From: Octopus vulgaris
Taxonomy: Eukaryota
Reading direction: 5' to 3'
Assembly: GCA_951406725.2 (NCBI GenBank)
Contig: OX597822.1
Span: 60,884,001-60,948,000 of the forward strand
Length of the DNA: 64,000 bases
Every line of letters begins with the position of its first letter. Position 1 is the first letter of the stretch. This document shows positions 28,226-39,723 of this stretch, one piece after another. A model generated the notes under the pieces. It did no database searches. It was given only the letters and a program-made list of their open reading frames with translations, and was not told the origin of the DNA. A program made the translations under genes and the position numbers.

Positions 28226-30378
28226 GCAGCGAGGTGGCAGAAATGTTAGCATGCCAGGTGAAATGCTTAGTGGTATTGTAACTTGTGAATAATTCTGTGG
28301 TATTTTTTTTGCTTGAAGGCTAGTGTTGAAATTGTTGTTACAAAATTCTTTCCTTGTTGTGTTGTTATTAATAGTATTCTGCGTGTGGTAGACAGTGTGA
28401 ACTTTTATTCCCATCTGTGAGATGGGGTAATTATCCATTTTTGTGGCGTTTTTCCACAAATTTTGTTTAAAATGAATACTTCCTCTGCAGAGGAAAAAAA
28501 CTGAGAAATGTTAAGTATGCCGACAGCAGACAAACTTGTTGAACCCTCAAAAAAGATAGATTTTGCAGCTGCAGCAGGAGAAAATAAAATATATATAGAT
28601 CAAAATGTGCTAATGCAGCACCAAAACATGTTTTCGAAGGAGGGATATGACGTAAAAGCCACCATCCTCAGTGAAATCATAGAGGAAACTGCAAAAAAAA
28701 TAGTTGTGTTTAAAACTCTGGTAATAAAGGAAAAGAAACTCGACAAAGCACCAAAAGAAGAAATAGAAAAATAGCCACAACTGATCTGGCAGGACACAGA
28801 ATACCTGACCAGAAGGAAATGCTTTGCCACTGTAGTAGTTTATTTCAAGAGTGAAGAAAAGGCTAAAACATACTCAGTGCAACCTTTGAGAACCACAGAC
28901 ATTGTGTTGCTGCCAAACATACTTAGGCAGGCACACATCAAAGATCACAATAGAAGAGATCTCGCCAGAAATTAACATCTCATAGCTACTCCCAGCTCTA
29001 CTAATGGGGCTCGAAGAAGAAATAATGATATTAGAGGTCTCAAAAATCCCCCAGCAGAACTGGAAGGAGCAAGGCCTCGAGGTCATCATCCAAGCGGGCC
29101 AGACCCTGGAAAAAATCGTGGAAAATATATACTTCAGAGAAGAAACCACCTTATGGGTAATGGTGGAGGGAAGAAGACCCCGGTGCTTCATATGTGGACA
29201 GAAGGGCCATAATCGGGCAAACTGTCCTATCCGTAAGGTGGAGATGGCCCAATATATAAAAAAAGGATGCAGAAGAGGCAGAGACACAGAAGACTGACCA
29301 GCAGGCTCCCAACAATGAAAACACTCAACCAGTTGGGAGTGAAGACGGATGGTCTACCGTAAAAAGAAAAAAAGTAACCAAAAGTTTACTTTATTTTTCC
29401 CAATCCCACCCCCTCAACATCCAGCATGAACAAGCAAAAAGCTCCCTCAGCAGACACACACGTACATTCGGGCTGAAGACACTAGAGAACTTCCAGAAGT
29501 CTTTCGCATGGCAATGTTACCTAGGAGCCTTACCTGTCCGGGACAAGCTCGCAAGGCATGGTGGCCCTGGCCCAACGACCTGTCCAAGATGTGGGCGGGA
29601 CAGGGAAACCATCCCGCACGCTGTTGTTTAGTGTTCGGTGGTGTGTGGGTTTATGCCGAACAACTATTGTCAAGTACAGGAAGAGTACAGCTATCAACTG
29701 AGTCAATAGTAAAAAATTGCCCAGCAGATTTCCTACCGAAAGAAGGTAAGAATTGCTTTCTCATCGTTGTAGCAATTGCGAGAGAGGTTATTTGGAAGAC
29801 GCGAGTGAATGGGTTAATAACAGGCATTTTTATCTCTGCCCTGGCTTGGTGAATTTCTTCACCTTCCACTTAAGAAGGAAAATAGGATTAGAGAGAAAAT
29901 GCCTGTCCGCGAAAATGTTTCAAGATCGAAGAAAGAATGTCGTACGAATGCTGCGTATGGATGGGACCGCATGAATACAATGCAGGATGAACCCAAAGCA
30001 TCAGTGGTGAGGCGGGGCTCGTGAGTTCCGAGCACATCCAGCCTCCCAACTCCATTTTGTAATGTGTTGTTATCATTCAAACTCTTAATATTTATGTAAA
30101 ATTTTAAAATCCATCTTTATGTCAATTCATTAGTTTAAATCTGACCCCATATCAGATTGTACTGTCCCCTTGTGGAAAATAAAAACTTTGCGAAATGTTT
30201 AGCAGTATTTCGCCTGCCGTTACGTTCTGAGTTCAAATTCCGCCAAGGTCGACTTTGACTTTCATCCTTTCGGGGTCGATTAAATAAGTACCAGTTACGC
30301 ACTGGAGTCGATGTAATCGACTTAATCCCTTTGTTTGTCCCCTCTATGTTTAACCCCCTGTGGGCAATAAGGAAATAA
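28226..30378 (+). mobile_element. SINE family 2 copy split by a LINE insertion
   Basis: 14-bp TSD ATATCACCCAGAGG at 28212-25 and 30379-92; SINE head 28226-77, body resumes at 30192. Confidence 0.85.
28278..30191 (+). mobile_element. Internally deleted Tx1/L1-clade LINE
   Basis: ORF1 pieces with CCHC knuckle CFICGQKGHNRANC; ORF2 C-terminal zinc finger (WQCYLGALPVRDKL...CPRCGRDRETIPH); A-rich tail; 18-bp imperfect TSD. Confidence 0.8.
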
Positions 30379-31310
30379 ATATCACCCAGAGGTACCCGCT
30401 CTGGATGAAGAAATTAGAATTTAAGTTCTCATATATCTGAGCACTATTCCGTGGATATCTATATCACACTTGCTTCGCGTTCTCCAAAATATTTTATCTT
30501 TGTATGTGCATGTGTTCACATTGCCCTCGCATTTGCTGCTACGTAAATAATGACATCCTGACGGTGTCATTTGTTTGTAGTTCACTACGAAAAGAAGGCC
30601 GGACTCGTTTGTTTACCTTTTTTTTTTTTTTTGTATTCCTAAAAAATTAAAATTCTGATAAATAATAATTGTGGTGATCCTTCGTTTTGACTCGTAAATG
30701 ACCTTCGTAATGCACTTATTTCAGCGGGCGAAGTTAAGAGTCTTTAATTCATGCTTGGTACTCATAACTTATAGCACCGATGTCATCCACTAGAGTGGGG
30801 TATTATTTTCAACTCCACCGCCTACTTAGTCTGTTATAAGTTTTGCTAAGGAAGCATCATGTGTAATTGTTATCTCAGGTTACGGTATTTGAGTGTTCTT
30901 TAAACAGTTGAATTTCGCTATAAAACCACACCATTCCGTGCCCTTTTCTTTTCCCCATAATAACTTTCAACTTTTGAAAGAATGCAGGACAACCCTTAAT
31001 ATCTGTGGGTACATGTAGAATCCTGCATGTTCCATCACTTGCGTTATTATATATTTCATTCAGTTAAAAAGTTCTTGATAGTTTAAACAGTGAACTTTTC
31101 TACCGTTTGTTGTTTCATTTGGACTACACATACACGTATATGTACAGAACTGGAAACGTCTACAGTGTCTCATGAACTGGACCCATTCTGCAAGACGCAT
31201 TTTAATAGTAAGTAAAAAATATACCTGTTATATCCCATCATATCAAGAAACCGAACCGTAATAGATTATCAGGACATTTCTCGGCTTTTAAGAATTCTCT
31301 GAGAATTAAT

Positions 31311-32729
31311 ATGGAAGATGTTAATCACTTGAACACCTCTAACACAATTGTTTTTACCGATACAGATACAGTTAAACAGGCATACAGCAATGAAAAATCT
31401 TTACCAAGTAAAACCTTTTCTGTACAAAGATCACCACACAGAAATGCTCCAGAATTTTGCTGTGAGATTTGTAAGAAAACATATCCTTCAAAACGTGAAG
31501 CCTTCAAACACAAAGAAACACACAAGGAAAACCACTATCAGTGTGAAGTGTGTGGAAAATTTTTTATTTCACGGACGAAATTAACAAAACACAAACGGAT
31601 TCACACTAGAGAGAAACTTTTCCTTTGTAAGATATGTGGGAAATCTTTCATGAAGAATTCGAATCTTGTTGTTCACATACGTAGTCATACTGGAGAAAAA
31701 CCCTTTAGCTGTGAAATATGTGGAAAATCTTTTGTGGATAATTGTTATTTAAAATTACACAAAACATTACACACAGGAAAAAAACCGAATCGCTGTGAGA
31801 TATGTGGGAAATCTTTCATTAGTAGTTCGAATCTTGTTATCCACAAACGTAGTCACACTGGAGAAAAACCTTACCGTTGTGAAATATGTGGAAAATCTTT
31901 TGCCTCTAATTGTCACTTAAAAAGTCACAAACGCTTACATTCTGGTGAAAAACCGTACCGCTGTGATATCTGTGGGAAGTATTTTGTCTCTAATGGTAAT
32001 TTGAGCAGACATTCCATGTTACACACAGGGGAAAAACCCTATCGTTGTGAAATATGTGGAAAATCTTTTACCACTCACAGTTTTTTAAAAACGCATGCAA
32101 CAGCACACACTGGTAATAAACCTTATAATTGTGACATTTGTGGAAAAGCATTCGTTAGCAATTCTGGTATTGTGGTTCACAAACGTAGACACACCGGAGA
32201 AAAACCGTTTTCTTGTAAAATATGTAGCAAATCTTTCGTATCTAATGGTGAATTAAACAGACACAAACGAATACATAGTGGAGTAAAGCCGTTTCAATGT
32301 CAAATATGTGGCAAATCCTTCTTTAGTAATTCAAAACTTGTTAACCATAATCGTAGTCACACTGGTGAAAAGCCCTATCGTTGTGAAATATGTGGGAAGC
32401 CTTTTGTTTCTAACTCTAATTTGACAATACACAGAAGAATACACACGGGAGAGAACTTGTCTCACTGTGAAACGTGTGAGAAATCATTTGTCACAAAATA
32501 TGATTTAATAAAACACAAACGAACGCACAGCGGGGAGAAGCTGTTTCACTGTGAAACTTGCGGGAAATCTTTTAGCCAGAGTTCTAACTTTGTTATCCAC
32601 AAAAGAGTACACACCGGAGAAGAACCTTATCATTGTATAACGTGTGGGAAATCTTTTATCAGCGGCAGTATGTTAAAGACGCACAAGCGAATACATTCAG
32701 GAAAGAAGCCTTTAAACAGAAAAAAGTGA
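31311..32729 (+). CDS. C2H2 zinc-finger protein, subfamily B, 15 fingers
   Basis: 472-aa ORF starting MEDVNH, tandem C2H2 fingers. Confidence 0.93.
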   Translation: MEDVNHLNTSNTIVFTDTDTVKQAYSNEKSLPSKTFSVQRSPHRNAPEFCCEICKKTYPSKREAFKHKETHKENHYQCEVCGKFFISRTKLTKHKRIHTREKLFLCKICGKSFMKNSNLVVHIRSHTGEKPFSCEICGKSFVDNCYLKLHKTLHTGKKPNRCEICGKSFISSSNLVIHKRSHTGEKPYRCEICGKSFASNCHLKSHKRLHSGEKPYRCDICGKYFVSNGNLSRHSMLHTGEKPYRCEICGKSFTTHSFLKTHATAHTGNKPYNCDICGKAFVSNSGIVVHKRRHTGEKPFSCKICSKSFVSNGELNRHKRIHSGVKPFQCQICGKSFFSNSKLVNHNRSHTGEKPYRCEICGKPFVSNSNLTIHRRIHTGENLSHCETCEKSFVTKYDLIKHKRTHSGEKLFHCETCGKSFSQSSNFVIHKRVHTGEEPYHCITCGKSFISGSMLKTHKRIHSGKKPLNRKK

Positions 32730-33042
32730 AAAAAAATAATTCTGTTGCAACTTTAAACTCATAGCCCACCACAAGTGGTACATACTGAAGAACATTTATC
32801 ATGAAGAAATGAGTCCCTTTAAGTTCTCAACGACATACACACACACACACATATCTATCTATATATATATATAATACAAATAAGAAAATGGAGGAACAGA
32901 TTCCTTTCAATCATCAACTTACAGATAATACCAATTCATATAATTTATTAACTAATTAAATAGGAACATCCAAATCCAACAGAATAAAACAATATACATC
33001 AATAAGTAAGATAATATCATAAAAATATTACATATAAAATGG

Positions 33043-33168
33043 ATTTTACAGCTGTTTCAGCCTGTAGATAAAGGTATCTCATTGTGCCTATATTAGTCAG
33101 ATGTATTGAGGTAATATGCAGTTAAAAATGAGTTACTTATATATATATCTCAAGGCCTCGTCAGAGAT
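33043..33168 (-). ncRNA. Hammerhead-like motif with long loop II
   Basis: Minus strand AUCU-CUGACGA-GGCCU-[about 90 nt]-AGGCU-GAAAC-AGCU-GUA-AAAU, inside a TA-flanked repeat (about 32875-33240). Confidence 0.55.
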
Positions 33169-33282
33169 TATAAAGTACAATTATGAAAATATAAAATGCA
33201 AATATAAATATGAAACAAAATACACATACACAAGAATATATATATATATATATATATGATCAGTGCAGGCGTGACTGTGTGG

Positions 33283-33951
33283 TAGGGTGGAGTGAAAATA
33301 AAAAAATTGTGGAAATTGAAAATGCCTGAGGGCTAAAATGTTGCTGTATTTGATTACTAGAAAAATGCTAAATTTCCGCTGAGATCAATGAAGAGCATTT
33401 CCTCCATCACGGTACCTAAACTCCAAAAATGGGGAAATTTTGTAATTTTTTTACAATAGCGAAGTTTGAGGGAGTAAATACCCTTGACTGACCTAAGAGA
33501 AATTCAGCATTTTTCTACTAATCATATATAGCAACATTTTCAATTTCAACAATTTGCTATTTTCACTCCACCCTAGATTTCACAATCTATATATCCACAC
33601 TCACATACATGTGTGTTAGAGTGGAGTGAAAATAAAAAATTGTGGAAATTGAAAATGCCTGAGGCCTAAAATCTTACTATATTGAAAACGCCCAAGAGCT
33701 AAAATGTTATGTTTGATTAATAGAAAAATGCTAAATTTTCACTTTGATCAGTCAAGGGCATTAACTCCCCTATGCAATTGTAAAAAAATTTTCAAAACTT
33801 CCCCATTTTCAGAGTTTAGGGGGCTTGAGGGAGTAAATGCCCTTGATTGATCTCAATGAAAATTTAATATTTTTCTAGTAATTAAATATAGCAACATTTT
33901 AGCCCTCAGGCATTTTCAGTTTCCACATTGTTTTATTTTCACTCCACCCTT
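33283..33951. mobile_element. hAT-type MITE dimer inserted in a SINE family 1 head
   Basis: TAGGGTGGAGTG termini; monomers 33283-33575 and 33617-33951; 8-bp TSD CTGTGTGG (33275-82, 33952-59). Confidence 0.85.
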
Positions 33952-35189
33952 CTGTGTGGTAAGAAATTTGCTTCCCAACTACATGACTGGGTTTAGTTTC
34001 ACTGCATGGCACCATGAGCAAGTGTCTTCTCCATTGACCTTGTGAGTGGATTTGGTAGGGTGAGGCTGAAAGAAGCCTGTCATGTGTATTTGTATATATA
34101 ATATATATATGTGTGTGTGTGTGTCTCTTTGTGTTTGTCCCCCACCCACTACCTTATCAAAACTGAAATGTTTTTCTATTATTGATGTTTTACCCCAGAT
34201 TAACAAAGTTCTCTCTCAAACATTACTAGCAAACTCTGTCAGAACCACCTTTCCTTCTTTAACACTTTGTATTGATGTCAATCCATGTTAAATAATTTTG
34301 AAAATAAATTCCTATTTTCATGTTGTATCTTAAGTTTGTTAAATGTCTTTGAAGATCCTGTTGAGAAATGTGTTTGTGTACATAAATACACATATATAGA
34401 CAGACAGAGAATACTGCTGTCACATTCATATATATGTACTGCAATGTACATGAATATGCATAATGTTATACATACAGAGAAAGATGAAATCAGAATCGTC
34501 ATCATTTAATGATGGTTTGACAAAAACAGATGGGCCAGAGAGCTCCGCCAGACTCTAAGTCTACTTTGGCATAGTTTCTACAGCTGGTCACACTTCCTAA
34601 TGCCAACCACTTAATAGAGCATACTGGGTACTTTTTATGTGGCACCAGCACATGTGAGTACTCGTAAGGTAAGACCCCCTCAACTGAGTGGGTATCAGAG
34701 GAATAGATTCATATTTTTTTGTCGTTAATAAAAGTTTTGTGAAATATCTGTGCGTGTGCACAAACACACACATACAGAGGGAGAGAAGGGAAGTTGCAAA
34801 GTGAACCAGAAGTTATGTTACAGATAGACAGATTCCGGTTTTGTTTAGTATAAATTAGGGAAAGGACATATGGCTATATTTTCAAGCACAAAGAAGAACA
34901 AGGAACAAGAGGGTTGCCCAAGACGAGAAAGGAAGGTTGGCAATCTTACAAGTCATACATACATACAAAACACTTACTGACAGTTGATGATATTGAGACT
35001 GATGAGTCAAAAGAATATTGGTGGAACTTAATTAAAACAGCCACCAAGTTAAAACACAACTGGTCATTTGTTGTGTGGGACTACAAGGAAAAGGTATGAG
35101 AGTTGGTTGAAAAGTTCATAAGCTGACCAAGATACTTTCATGATATGTGATCAAGTACCCCTTGTGGTCCACAAACTTCTTCCATTGGG

Positions 35190-36935
35190 CATTTCCAAAT
35201 CACCAATCCAACTGACTTCTTTACCACTGCAGATATAAAATCAGAGGCAGTGACGATAGATCACATCGATATAAAGGAAGACGATGTAATAAAGGCTATA
35301 GATGAAATGAAAACAGACTCAGCTACTGGCCCCGATGGATTCCCGGCAATCCTCCTAAAAGTATGTAAGAGAGTCCTAGCAAGACCACTGCAGTTCCTCT
35401 TTCAGAGCTTCCTTGAAGCTGGCAAACTTCCAAGAAAACTGAAGGAAGGTAAAATATGCCCTATTCATAAAGGAGGTAGCAGAGCGGAGGCCAAGAACTA
35501 CAGACCTATCTCTCTGACCTCACACATCAGCAAGGTCATGGAACGAATAGTCAGAAGGAAACTGATCACCTTCCTTGAAGAAAATGACTTGCTGCCTGAC
35601 ACCCAACATGGTTTCCGACCAGGAAGAAGCTGCTTAACTCAGCTCCTACAACACTATGACTGGGTGCTGAAACGACTGCTCAACCACTCAAATGTGGAAG
35701 TGATATATCTCGACTTTGCAAAGGCCTTTGATAAAGTCGATCATGGAATGATATGTCACAAACTGTGTGATCTTAGCATAGTTGGAAAACTGGGAGAATG
35801 GCTTCATGATTTTCTGAAAGATAGAAGTCAGGTGGTATTAGCCACTTCCATTAACATGCAAATAGTGAGCGGTGTTCTGCAGGGCACTGTTTTGAGACCA
35901 CTACTGTTCATAATGGCCCTCTCAGACATGCCCTCAGCCACGCAGAGAGCCACGATCACAAGTTATGCAGATGATACAAAAGTTTCACAGGCAATACAGA
36001 ACCCTGAGGACACTAAACGCTTGCAATGTGAGCTGGACAAAATATACAAGTGGGCTGAAAAGAATAGCATGCAGTTCAATGCTGAAAAGTTTCAAGCTTT
36101 ATGCTATCAGCATGCAAAACTAAATGCAATGAATACACTGGACCCGGAGGAATTGCAATCCCAGAGGCACAATCAGTGCGTGACCTGCGTATTTACATGA
36201 GTGATGACGCAACCTTTCGTGTACATGTAGCTAAATTGGCAATAAAATGTAGACCACTGGCCGGATGGATTCTTAGAACCTTTAGAACAAGAGAACAAGA
36301 AACCATGATGGTCCTCTGGAGGACACTTGTCCTAAGCCACTTTGACTATTACTCGCAGCTATGGTCACCATCCAGTGTCAAGTTGATCACAGAACTTGAG
36401 GCGATCCAAAGTAGCTACACGAAGAAGATAGCCTCTGTGCAGAATATAAGCTACTGGGAAAGACTCAAGAGATTAAAACTCTATTCCTTGGAGCGTAGGC
36501 GAGAAAGATATGCCATAATATACATCTGGAAGATCCTGGAAGGACTTGTCCCAAACTTTGGCATCAAGAGTTACACAAATGCCAGAACTGGGCGCCACTG
36601 CGTGGTGCCAAGGACTCCAAATTTGCCATCAAGATGTAGGACAAGATACTGTGATAGCCTGGGCTTCCGAGGCCCACAGCTCTTCAATATCCTCCCGAAG
36701 AACCTAAGAGACCTGCATAGGGTGGATGCAAATGAAACTGGATCTCTTCTTGTCAGGTATCCCAGATGAACCAACTTCACGGCAGGAGGTGCAGATGAGG
36801 TCAGCTGCATCGAACTCTCTCATGCACCAAATGGCAGTTGCTAAAAAGCATTCGTGAAGTAAAACCATGTAGCAACACCAAATGGCGGTGCCCCAGCATG
36901 GCCATAGCTCGTGAGCTGAAACTAGAATCAATCAA
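35190..36935 (+). mobile_element. 5'-truncated CR1/L2-group LINE (reverse transcriptase, frameshifted)
   Basis: ORFs 35250-36200 and 36101-36769: GPDGFP, NYRPISLTS, QHGFRPGRSC, YLDFAKAFDKVDH, GVLQG, YADD, LYSLERRR; (AATC)n tail. Confidence 0.9.
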
Positions 36936-36937
36936 TC

Positions 36938-37216
36938 ATATGTATATATATATATATGTACGTATATATGTATGTATATATATGTGTGTGTATATATATA
37001 TGTGTATATATATATATGTGTGTATATATATATATATGTGTATATATATGTGTATATATATATATGTGTATATATATATATATATATGTATGTATATGTG
37101 TATATATATATGTGTATATATATATATATGTGTATATATATATATATGTGTATATATATATATGTATATATATATGTATATATATGTATATATATATGTA
37201 TATATATATATGTATA

Positions 37217-37265
<49 letters not shown>

Positions 37266-37579
37266 GTATATATATATGTATATATATATATATGTATATA
37301 TATATATGTATATATATGTATATATATATATGTATATATATATGTATGTATATATATATGTATGTATATATATATATATATGTATGTATATATATATGTA
37401 TATACATGTATGTATATATATATATGTATGTATATATATATGTATATACATGTATGTATATATATATATGTATGTATATATATATGTATATACATGTATG
37501 TATATATATATGTATATATATGTATGTATATATATATATATGTGTGTGTGTGTATATATATATATATACACACACACAC
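36938..37579. repeat. Long compound (TA)n/(TATG)n microsatellite
   Basis: About 640 bp low complexity; source of the spurious YI-repeat ORFs. Confidence 0.95.
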
Positions 37580-38249
37580 GATAAGCTTCTTTTTTTTCCG
37601 TCTATCTGATCCATTGACAAGACTTTGGTCAACCCAGGACTGAACACTTGCCCAGAGTAGAATTAAAGCCAGAACCATGTGGCTGGGAAGCGAACTTGCC
37701 ACGCATTCATAAAGTTTTGATAGAACAAACAGGACAAAAAGAACTCAATACATGAGTATATGTATTTTAGCATTATTTGTAATCAGCAGAGAATTACACA
37801 TTAGTGACTTAAGAGCTGAGAATTTAATGCTGGGTACCTATCAAACTACCACTTTCATAAGATCCATGAACGAAACTCTCAACTCTTTAGTAATTTTTAT
37901 AACTTCCTACCGATTAAAGTTAATAAAACACAGGCGCGTGTCGAAACTGCGGCTAGAGACAGAAAAGTTATCTTCATTGCAGCGAGATACGAATCTATTG
38001 CTAAAGATAGAAGGAAGGTAATATAGCCTTTGAACACCTCGCTCTGTCGATGCGATAATTTCTTGGGTTGCTTGGTAAATAGGTTCAACAATTGTTTACA
38101 TCTGAAAAACGTAAGTTGACATCGATTTGCTTCAAGGCTATAATAATAGGTGTCAATAGAACTATGTGAACTGTTGAGGGTACACTGTCATGTAGAAGTG
38201 GAAATACATAACATTGATAAAAAGCTATTTCATTTAAGTAATGCTTTAA

Positions 38250-38532
38250 GCTACTATTTAAGAAGAGTGGTCCCGGTGCGCGCATCCGCGCTAGCTAGTC
38301 GTGACTAGTCGATCTTTTGTGTTTTTGTGTTTTATTTTGTTTAAAAAAGTATTTATTTTTTGGGTACTTGTCTATTGTCGTGGTCCCGGTTTCGCACACG
38401 CGAATTCGCGCGCGCGCGCGCCAGACGTAGGTACTCGATACTCGAGATCCTACGAGGTGACATGCGCAGTGCAGAATTCGCGCATGCGCGTTACCCCCCC
38501 CCCTAAAAAAAAGGGGTTGGATTTCACTAAAA

Positions 38533-38571
<39 letters not shown>

Positions 38572-39682
38572 ACATTTTCAATTTTACACAAAAAAATTAC
38601 ATAGTCGCTTTCCTCGCGGATTTACAGATAAATGAATTAATTACTATTTTACAGAATAAAATTAATGAATTAATTATATAAATTAAATAATTCTTGAAAA
38701 TTAATTAATATTAATAATATTTTTTGAACAAAGTAAATAATTTATAAAACTTGGTTAATAATTTTTTTTACACAAACGCGAACGTATATAATTTGTGAAA
38801 CTTTTTTTTTTACAGACGTATATAATTTGGTAAACTTAATGAATTAATTTCTTCTCATCATCATCATCGTTTAACGTCCGTTCTCCATGCCAGCATGGGT
38901 TGGACGGTTCGACCGGGGATCTGGGAAGCCAGAAGGCTGCACCAGACTCCAGTCTTATCTGGCAATGTTTCTACAGCTGGATGCCCTTCCTAACGCCAAC
39001 CACTCCGAGAGTGTAGTGGGTGCTTTTACATGCCACCCGCACAGGTGCCAGGAGAGGCTGGCAACGGCCACGGTCGGATTGGTGCCAGTCGAGGTGGCTC
39101 TGGCATCGGCCACGATTCGGATAGTGCTTTTTACGTACCACCAGTCCAGGGTCCTGGCATTTGCCGGGTGCCACACTTGCCCCAACATGTCTTCGCAAGC
39201 AAAGGGGGTTGGCGTGGGTGCCTGTCGTGGGATGAGGTTCGATATCAACTTCGCTTGCCTCAACAGGTCTTTGTGTATAAATGTATAAATTTTTCGCACG
39301 AAATTCTTTCCGTAGAATTTATCAAAAAACGCAAAATTATTCCGTAGAATTTATCAAATTAAAAAACGCAAAATTAATATATTTTTTGAAATTGCAAATT
39401 ATTTAGAATATAAAACAAATGAAGTTAAATTTTAAAAATAAATGTCATATACTTATACTCTGTAAGGTGCTGTGTTCACACTTCAATTTACTATTTTCTA
39501 GAAATGTTGCTTTTCTAATTGAAACAATTTTTCTCAATCTCCATTTAAAAGTCCATAATGCCTCTTGAGCCATATCAAAATGAACAACTTTGAATTACGC
39601 GGCGGCGGTGGTGGTGGTGGTGTGAGGTTCTAATTTTTTTTCTGATCTCTAATTTTTTTCTACTATATCGTGTAGGTTTAAG

Positions 39683-39723
<41 letters not shown>

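Noticed and set aside
36838-37702. Six overlapping 210-256 aa ORFs on both strands
   Set aside because: Translations of a (TA)/(TATG) microsatellite that lacks stop codons
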